Positions 35,512 through 41,607 of a stretch of 64,000 bases of DNA are shown piece by piece. Origin of the DNA: an uncultured Bacteroidia bacterium (GTDB lineage Bacteria; Bacteroidota; Bacteroidia; Bacteroidales; F082). The DNA is taken from contig CADAVB010000008.1 of the NCBI GenBank assembly GCA_902791165.1, forward strand, positions 12,512-76,511, written 5' to 3'. The translations under genes were made by a program, and so were the position numbers. The notes beneath the pieces are model-generated. The model was not told where the DNA came from. It worked only from the letters and a program-made list of their open reading frames with translations, and made no database searches. The stretch's first letter is position 1, and every line of letters starts with the position of its first letter.

Positions 35512-36018
35512 ATGATTGAATTGACGACACCTTTCAGCGAGGAAGCCATCGCGCAATTGAAAGTCGGCGACGTGGTGACCATCACGGGCAACATTTTTAC
35601 AGGCCGTGATGCCGTGCTTCCCAAGATTGTGAAAGCCGCAGAGGAAGGCGCTTTGAAAGATTTGGGCATTGATTTGCAAGGCGCGGTCATTTTCCATACT
35701 GCCGTCAGTCCGGCGGGGGTTGGCCCGACTTCAAGCAACAAAGTGGAGATTGAATGTACCTTTGGCCCGCTGTCGAAACACGGCGTGAAAATGCACCTCG
35801 GCAAAGGAGCAATTTCAAAGGAAACGGTAAAGGTCTTGGCCGAGCATAATGCCGTCTTTGCCATCATTCCGCCAGTAACCGCTTTGTTAGGCAGTCAGAC
35901 CATGGAACAGGAAATCGTCGCCTTCCCTGAATTGGGCATGGAGGCGTTCAACCGTTTGAAAGTGGTGAAATACCAAGCCATCATAGCCGCCGCACAAGGT
36001 CAATCCATTTATGAATAA
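35512..36018 (+). CDS. Fe-S type hydro-lyase, tartrate/fumarate family, beta subunit
   Basis: LKVGDVVTITGNIFTGRDAVLPKI...GKGAIS... is characteristic of the FumA C-terminal/TtdB domain. Confidence 0.85.
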   Translation: MIELTTPFSEEAIAQLKVGDVVTITGNIFTGRDAVLPKIVKAAEEGALKDLGIDLQGAVIFHTAVSPAGVGPTSSNKVEIECTFGPLSKHGVKMHLGKGAISKETVKVLAEHNAVFAIIPPVTALLGSQTMEQEIVAFPELGMEAFNRLKVVKYQAIIAAAQGQSIYE

Positions 36019-36072
36019 TTGTAGGGGCTGACCTATGTGTCAGCCATTTGTAGGGACGCACCGCGTGCGTCC
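36019..36072. repeat. Two tandem TGTAGGG-prefixed hairpins (REP-like) between the beta and alpha subunit genes
   Basis: tgtagg GGCTGAC ctatgt GTCAGCC, then ttgtagg GGACGCAC cgc GTGCGTCC. Confidence 0.6.
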
Positions 36073-36089
36073 GAGAAAAAGCCAATAAT

Positions 36090-36935
36090 ATGAGCAATAT
36101 AATTGAAAAAGTGGCCGATTGCCTCGTCAGGGCCGGCTCCACCTTCCGCGAAGACCAGAAGGAAGCCTACCGCCAAGCAATCGCCGACGAAGCCAACGCA
36201 CAGTCGTGCTGGGTGATGCAGCAAGTGCTGGATAACGCCTTGGTTGCCGAGGAGAGAAGAAGTCCGTTGTGTGACGACACAGGCATTCCGCATCTGTTTC
36301 TCGAGGTCGGAAAAAACCGTTCCGTTTCGGGGGAAATGATGCAAGAGATCATGGAAGGCGTGGAGATGGGTTTGCGCCAGTTGCCAGGTCGTCCGATGGC
36401 CATCATGGGTGATGACAATGCACGTATCGACCAAAGCGGTGGCTTGAACCCTGATTCAGGAGCATTGAAACCTTCACCCTTCCTCATCAAACCCATTGAT
36501 GAAGATGTCATCCGCTTGACGGTTTTGATGTTGGGTGGCGGTCCGGCCATTCGTGGCATCACACAGCGTGTGTTCCACAAGCATAATGTGGATGTGGTCA
36601 TTGATGAAATCGTGAACCGCGCCACCGAAGGCGTATCGAAACTCGGTTGTAGCCCTTGTGTGTTGGCGGTTGGCGTCGGTCGCAGTCAGTTTGAGGCCAC
36701 TTCGATGATGATGGAGGCGATGGCCAAGGGCGATTTCAGCAAACAAACCGAATTTGAAAAGAAAATCACAAAAAAAGTGAATGAAGCCAACATTGGTCCG
36801 CTCGGATTGGGCGGCAAACACAGCGTTTTGGCGACTTTCGCCAAAGTTGGCCCGCAACGCGCCAGCGGTGTTCGCATCGTGGCTTTGAGGCCCTGCTGCT
36901 GCTTTGAGCCGAGGAGGGCGAGTGTGGAATTGTAA
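36090..36935 (+). CDS. Fe-S type hydro-lyase, tartrate/fumarate family, alpha subunit
   Basis: The PLCDDTGIPHLFLEVG block (PlCqDTG) and Cys-rich C-terminus are typical of the FumA N-terminal/TtdA domain. Confidence 0.85.
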   Translation: MSNIIEKVADCLVRAGSTFREDQKEAYRQAIADEANAQSCWVMQQVLDNALVAEERRSPLCDDTGIPHLFLEVGKNRSVSGEMMQEIMEGVEMGLRQLPGRPMAIMGDDNARIDQSGGLNPDSGALKPSPFLIKPIDEDVIRLTVLMLGGGPAIRGITQRVFHKHNVDVVIDEIVNRATEGVSKLGCSPCVLAVGVGRSQFEATSMMMEAMAKGDFSKQTEFEKKITKKVNEANIGPLGLGGKHSVLATFAKVGPQRASGVRIVALRPCCCFEPRRASVEL

Positions 36936-36951
36936 GAATAAAGTTGTTACT

Positions 36952-37038
36952 ATGAACAAAAGTATCTACCTCTGCCTAGCCCACATGAGCGAGGCAGGAC
37001 TTGAACAAAAGTATATCCAAGAGGCTTTCGAAATATAA
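36952..37038 (+). pseudogene. Orphan 5' fragment (28 codons) of the DegT-type aminotransferase gene
   Basis: 36964-37031 is 66/68 identical to 38152-38219 (IYLCLAHMSEAGLEQKYIQEAF). The reading frame stops 2 codons after the homology ends. Confidence 0.8.
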
Positions 37039-37100
37039 TCTTTTCAAAAAACCATCCTTTTTGGGAAAAAGTTATATTTTTGCGGTGTAATACAACAGCT

Positions 37101-37322
37101 ATGTCGGAAAAGACGCTCAATACGATTGGTTTTGTGGCAATGATTGTTGCCTTGTTCGCCAAGAAGCATCATTTCAGCGAACCCGTAGCCTTTCATTATC
37201 TTCGTCAATATGGGGGAGCCAGCCTTTTGGTGAACCATTACGGATATCTTCACACACAGGATTATGACCAGTTGGTTGATGATTTGTCCGATTACTGCCG
37301 TCATCAAGGAGGAACCCTGTAA
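37101..37322 (+). CDS. DUF3791-like small helical protein
   Basis: 73 aa from ATG 37101. Its size, position and sequence style match the small proteins that flank DUF3990 in Bacteroidales. Confidence 0.55.
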   Translation: MSEKTLNTIGFVAMIVALFAKKHHFSEPVAFHYLRQYGGASLLVNHYGYLHTQDYDQLVDDLSDYCRHQGGTL

Positions 37323-37798
37323 TGAAACTTTATCACGGAAGCAATATAATCATTGAAAGCGTTGATCTGTCGAAGTCTCGCCCTTACAAAGATTTCGGAA
37401 AGGCGTTTTACTTGTCGGCGGACGAACAACAGGCGTGGGAACGTGCTTACGCCGCTATCACAATGTGGGGCGGTACTCCTTGTGTGAGTGCCTTTGAGTT
37501 TGATGAAAAGCAGTTGTCGTCAAGCGAAATGAAAGTGTTGATATTCGATTCTTATTCTGAGGAATGGGCGGATTTCGTTTTTGCCAATCGCCGACATCAG
37601 AAACCTCCCTTTCAACATGATTACGACATTGTGTTCGGTCCGATTGCCAACGACAAGGTTGGGGAACAAGTTGCGCTTCTCAAGGGAGGCTACATTACAA
37701 AAGAACGCTTCTTTCGGAAACTGAAACTGATGAAAGGCATCACTTTTCAGTATGCTTTTTGTTCCGAATTGTCAATAGGTAAATTGAAGAAACTATGA
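37322..37798 (+). CDS. DUF3990-like protein with an ADP-ribosyltransferase-like H-Y signature
   Basis: N-terminal KLYHGSN and DFGKAFYLSAD. TAATG overlap with the upstream ORF and ATGA overlap with the downstream ORF. Confidence 0.6.
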   Translation: MKLYHGSNIIIESVDLSKSRPYKDFGKAFYLSADEQQAWERAYAAITMWGGTPCVSAFEFDEKQLSSSEMKVLIFDSYSEEWADFVFANRRHQKPPFQHDYDIVFGPIANDKVGEQVALLKGGYITKERFFRKLKLMKGITFQYAFCSELSIGKLKKL

Positions 37799-38016
37799 CA
37801 CAACAGAAGCGCATAGAATTTCTGAAACTCAAACTGACAGAAGAACTTGCCGTCATCTTAATAGAGGAAACGGGATGCTCCATAGAGAATGCATTTGAAA
37901 TTTTATACAATTCCCAAACCTACTCCAAACTATCTAATCCTAACACTAAACTGTTTTTTCAAAGCGCAGGGTATGTGTACTCGCTCCTTGAAGAGGAATT
38001 GAACCAAAACCATTAA
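37795..38016 (+). CDS. DUF3791-like small helical protein (second copy)
   Basis: 73 aa, coupled by ATGA overlap. It is paralogous in style to 37101-37322. Confidence 0.5.
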   Translation: MTQQKRIEFLKLKLTEELAVILIEETGCSIENAFEILYNSQTYSKLSNPNTKLFFQSAGYVYSLLEEELNQNH

Positions 38017-38133
38017 TTCTTTTTTAAAAAGAAACTTTCATGCGCATGGTTTTTTGGTTCTGTGTCCACCTGCATTTGACCACCGCAAGTTGGTAAATAG
38101 ACCGAAAGAAATAAACAATTAAACGAGCATAAT

Positions 38134-39420
38134 ATGTCAGTTAAGAACCGCATCTACCTCTGCCTGGCCCACATGAGCGAAGCAGGACTTGAACAAAAGT
38201 ATATCCAAGAGGCTTTCGACACCAACTGGGTGGTGCCGCTTGGGCCGAATGTCAATGGGTTTGAGAAAGACTTGGAAGACTTTGTGAATGAGATTGCGGG
38301 TCAAGCCCGCAATGACAAACCGTTGAACAAACGCGTGGTGGCGCTTTCGGCCGGAACTGCTGCCGTGCATCTGGCCCTGATTGCCTGCGGCGTGAAGCCT
38401 GGCGACGAGGTCATTGTGCAGAGTTTCACGTTCTGCGCTTCGTCGCACCCGATTACCTATTTGGGCGCGACCCCCATTTTCGTTGATTCAGAGAAGGACT
38501 CTTGGAACATCGACCCGGAATTGATGGAAGAGGCCATCAAAGACCGAATCGCCAAGACGGGCAAGAAACCTAAAGCCATTGTGCCGGTCGCTCTTTATGG
38601 AATGCCTTACGACATCGACCGCATCATGGATATTGCCAACCGCTACGACATCCCTGTCATCGAGGATGCCGCCGAGGGTTTCGGCAGCCGCTGGAAAGGG
38701 CAGATGTTGGGTACTTTTGGTAAATATGGCGTGTTGTCGTTCAACGGCAACAAGATGATCACCACCTCGGGCGGCGGCGCGTTGATTACACCCGACGAGG
38801 ACGCTTGGCGCGAGATTATGATGTACGCCACGCAATACCGCGAGAGTTATCCCTACTACCAGCACGAGAAAATCGGCTTCAACTACCGAATGTCGAACAT
38901 CTGCGCGGGCATCGGGCGCGGCCAGATGACGGTGGCCAACGACCATATCGCGCACCACAAGCATGTCTTTGAGCTTTACAAGGAGCTGCTGAAAGACGTG
39001 AAGGGCATCGAGGTTCACGGCAATCCCGATGAGCGTTATGACAGCAACTTCTGGCTGAACACCATCACCATCGCTCCCGAAGTGAAGGTAAAAGGGCAAG
39101 AAAACGCGTACAAAACCGTGGTTCAAGGTGCTGTTGGTGGTGCGGCGGGTGTCATCCATGTGGCGGATTCGGCCACTACGGATTGCCAACCTAATGACAA
39201 CGTGGAAGCCATGCGCGTTTTCCTCGACGAGCGAGGCATCGAGGCACGTCCGCTTTGGAAGCCCATGCATAAGCAGCCGGTTTACAAAGATGCTCCGGCG
39301 TATGTAAACGGCGTTTCGGAGGCTTTGTTCAAGGTGGGAATGTGCTTGCCTTCAGGTCCTTACGTTTCAGATGAGGATGTAAGATACATCGTGGATTGCA
39401 TCAAGGAGGCGATAGAATAG
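38134..39420 (+). CDS. DegT/DnrJ/EryC1/StrS-family PLP aminotransferase (WcfR/PglE-like sugar 4-aminotransferase)
   Basis: FTFCASSHP, VIEDAAEGFGS, SFNGNKMITTSGGGAL (PLP-lysine region) and a GFNYRMSN block. Confidence 0.85.
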   Translation: MSVKNRIYLCLAHMSEAGLEQKYIQEAFDTNWVVPLGPNVNGFEKDLEDFVNEIAGQARNDKPLNKRVVALSAGTAAVHLALIACGVKPGDEVIVQSFTFCASSHPITYLGATPIFVDSEKDSWNIDPELMEEAIKDRIAKTGKKPKAIVPVALYGMPYDIDRIMDIANRYDIPVIEDAAEGFGSRWKGQMLGTFGKYGVLSFNGNKMITTSGGGALITPDEDAWREIMMYATQYRESYPYYQHEKIGFNYRMSNICAGIGRGQMTVANDHIAHHKHVFELYKELLKDVKGIEVHGNPDERYDSNFWLNTITIAPEVKVKGQENAYKTVVQGAVGGAAGVIHVADSATTDCQPNDNVEAMRVFLDERGIEARPLWKPMHKQPVYKDAPAYVNGVSEALFKVGMCLPSGPYVSDEDVRYIVDCIKEAIE

Positions 39421-39441
39421 TATTTGCCTTACTCTTCACCA

Positions 39442-39480
39442 AAAAAGCGGATTCAGTTTTAGCTGTTTCCGCTTTTTTTG
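39442..39480 (+). terminator. Rho-independent terminator ending the polysaccharide operon
   Basis: AAAAAGCGGA ttcagttttagctgtt TCCGCTTTTT followed by TTG. Confidence 0.75.
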
Positions 39481-39501
39481 TGCCTATTGCTGGAAAATGT
39501 G

Positions 39502-39509
39502 TATCTTTG
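39502..39509 (+). promoter_or_regulatory. Bacteroidetes -7 box (TATCTTTG)
   Basis: Exact TAnnTTTG match about 100 nt upstream of the TM1266-like gene. Confidence 0.4.
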
Positions 39510-39610
39510 CAGCGCAAAATCAAACGCCGCAGTATCGCTGAGATGAAGACAATGTGTTGACATCAAGGCCGTTGCGGGAATCATAATCATCTGATCCGGA
39601 GGAAATTCAA

Positions 39611-39868
39611 ATGGAAAGGAGAATAGGCTCAGTCCTTATTTATGTGGGAAACCGCGAAGCCGCGCCACAAGTGAACGCGGTGCTTTCCCGTCACGCGGGC
39701 ATCATCATCTGCCGTCAAGGCTTTCCGCGTGGTAATTACAGCATCATTTCCGTCATTTTCGAAGGCACCACCGATGAGATTGGTTCCCTCACGGGCCAGT
39801 TGGGTCGCATCGAAGGCATCGAGGTGAAGTCGGCGTTGCTAAAAACAGGTACGGCTGCCACAGTGTGA
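39611..39868 (+). CDS. TM1266-family putative iron-only hydrogenase system regulator (ACT-like)
   Basis: 85 aa. The GSVLIYVGNRE...VNAVLSRHAGIIICRQGFP...ISVIFEGTTDEIGSLTGQLGRIEGIEVK pattern resembles TM1266 as I recall it. It sits directly upstream of hydG. Confidence 0.7.
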   Translation: MERRIGSVLIYVGNREAAPQVNAVLSRHAGIIICRQGFPRGNYSIISVIFEGTTDEIGSLTGQLGRIEGIEVKSALLKTGTAATV

Positions 39869-39932
39869 CAGCCCTACAACGAATAACTATCAACTGTAAA
39901 CTTTTAACTGTAAACTGATATGCAATTCACGG

Positions 39933-41223
39933 GTGCGCGAAATCATCCAGAAGTCGTTGGACAAGAATCGCCTGACGATGGAGGAGACCGCTGTCCTTGT
40001 CAATACCACTGACCCTGCATTGGTGGAGGAAATCAAGGAAGGCGCGCGCGAACTGAAACGCCGCATCTACGGCAACCGTATCGTGCTGTTTGCCCCGCTC
40101 TATGTGGGCAACTATTGCGTGAACAACTGCAAATACTGCGGTTTCCGTTCCTCGAACAAGGAACAAATCCGTACCACGCTGACCGACGAGGAACTTATCC
40201 GCAACGTGGAGGCTTTGGAGGACGACGGCCAGAAGCGCCTCATCCTCGTCTATGGCGAGTCGCCGAAGTATTCACCCGAGTATATCGCTCACACCGTGAA
40301 AGTTACCTACGCCACCAAGAAAGGCAAGGGCAGCATCCGCCGCGTGAACATAAATGCCGCTCCTCTGGATATGGAAGGCTTCCGCATCGTGAAAGAGGCG
40401 GGCATCGGCACCTATCAGATTTTCCAAGAGACTTATTGCCCAGAGATTTACAACGAATACCACCCCACTAACACCAAGAAGGGCGACTACAATTACCGCC
40501 TCACCGCCATGGACCGCGCCCAGCAGGCTGGCATCGACGACAACGGCTTGGGTATTCTTTTCGGCCTTTATGATTGGCGTTACGAGGTGCTGGCCATGAT
40601 TCGCCACACCAACCACTTGGAGGCTTGCTTCAACGTGGGTCCGCACACGATTTCATTCCCGCGCATCAAGGACGCTTCGGGCCTGAACATCGACAAGAAG
40701 TATTTCGTTGATGATGAGACTTTTGAGAAAATCATCGCCATTTTCCGTTTGGCCGTGCCTTACACGGGTATGATTTTGACCGCCCGCGAGGATGCCGCTT
40801 TCCGCGCCAAGGCCATCGAATACGGCATTTCGCAAATCGATGGCGGCACCAACCTTCAAATTGGCGACTACAAATACCACCACGAGGAAGAGGAGAAGAA
40901 CAGCGACAAGCAGGAGGACCAAAACCTGCACCGCGAGCAGTTCAAGATTGGCGACGACCGCTCGCACGGCCTGCTACCGCCTGGGTCGCACGGGCGAGCA
41001 CTTTATGGAATTCAGTGTGCCGGGCTTCATCAAGCGCTACTGCACTCCGAATGCCATCCTTACTTTGAGCGAATACTTGGTGGACTACGCCACGCCTGAA
41101 GTCGCTGCCAAAGGCTGGAAGTGCATCGAGAACAACTTCAAGAATGTTGATCCGAAGTTCTTGGACGAGCTGAAGAGCCGCATCGAGCGCATCAAAAATG
41201 GCGAGCGAGATTTGTATTTCTAA
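39933..41223 (+). pseudogene. hydG: [FeFe]-hydrogenase maturase HydG (radical SAM tyrosine lyase), reading frame broken near 40956-40960
   Basis: RIYGNRIVLFAPLYVGNYCVNNCKYCGF (CX3CX2C) in frame 0 runs to ...QFKIGDDRS. The conserved C-terminus TACYRLGRTGEHFMEFSVPGFIKRYCTPNAILTLSEYL continues in frame +1. The N-terminal start (GTG 39933) is also uncertain. Confidence 0.7.
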
Positions 41224-41251
41224 ACAACTCCGATTAAGGTTATTAGATAGT

Positions 41252-41291
41252 AAAAGCCTCTGCCAAAGTTTTCGGTGGGAGGCTTTTTTTG
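41252..41291 (+). terminator. Rho-independent terminator after hydG
   Basis: AAAAGCCTC tgccaaagttttcggtgg GAGGCTTTTTTT. Confidence 0.75.
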
Positions 41292-41314
41292 TGCGTTGTT
41301 ATCGTATTTTCATC

Positions 41315-41322
41315 TATATTTG
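41315..41322 (+). promoter_or_regulatory. Bacteroidetes -7 box (TATATTTG) preceding a non-coding structured region
   Basis: Exact TAnnTTTG match 24 nt after the hydG terminator T-tract. No credible ORF follows before 41608. Confidence 0.4.
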
Positions 41323-41329
41323 CACCCAG

Positions 41330-41558
41330 AAACACAACGATAAAAGTAACTAAAACAACAAAGAAATAGAGAATATTAAACATATAGTATAACATAGCGC
41401 GAGCGAATTATTCGGCATACCTTGAAACTTCGGAACTTTCAATCGTACAATGCGAATAAGTCTGCAAGCGTCTGCGTTGGTGCAGACGAGACTTATCTGT
41501 TTGTACGGGCATCCGAAGGCCTCAAGGTGCAGAAAAAGTGTCTGCACCTTTTGTTTTT
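41330..41558 (+). ncRNA. Candidate small structured RNA (about 230 nt) with its own promoter box and intrinsic terminator
   Basis: Nested helices are CCTTGA/TCAAGG, CTTCGG/CCGAAG, CGTACA/TGTACG, ATAAGTCT/AGACTTAT and CGTCTGC/GCAGACG (41420-41527). They are followed by GGTGCAGA aaaagtg TCTGCACC TTTTGTTTTT (41526-41558). Confidence 0.4.
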
Positions 41559-41607
41559 GGATGCTTGTTACGCTGAATAGGTCAATCGCCAACAAAACGC
41601 AGACAAT

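Noticed and set aside
30017-36935. Interpretation of the module as a phosphonate (2-AEP) biosynthesis cluster as in Bacteroides PSB
   Set aside because: No PEP mutase and no AEP transaminase ORF is present in the window. The accompanying enzymes (PrpD, CitE-like, Fe-S hydro-lyase, AKR) are not part of the AEP pathway.
39530-39605. TPP (THI-box) riboswitch-like words CGCTGAGA and ATCTGATCCGGA in the leader of the TM1266-like/hydG operon (HydG is a ThiH homologue)
   Set aside because: The region after TGATCCGGA lacks the complementary CCGG...GCG.AGGGA part of the THI-box, and the P1/P2 pairings cannot be drawn. It is most likely chance similarity. An Infernal scan would settle it.
41350-41595. 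81-codon minus-strand ORF in the hydG-mod spacer
   Set aside because: There is no recognisable protein features or start context. The region is better explained by plus-strand promoter box, nested helices and an intrinsic terminator, meaning an RNA element.
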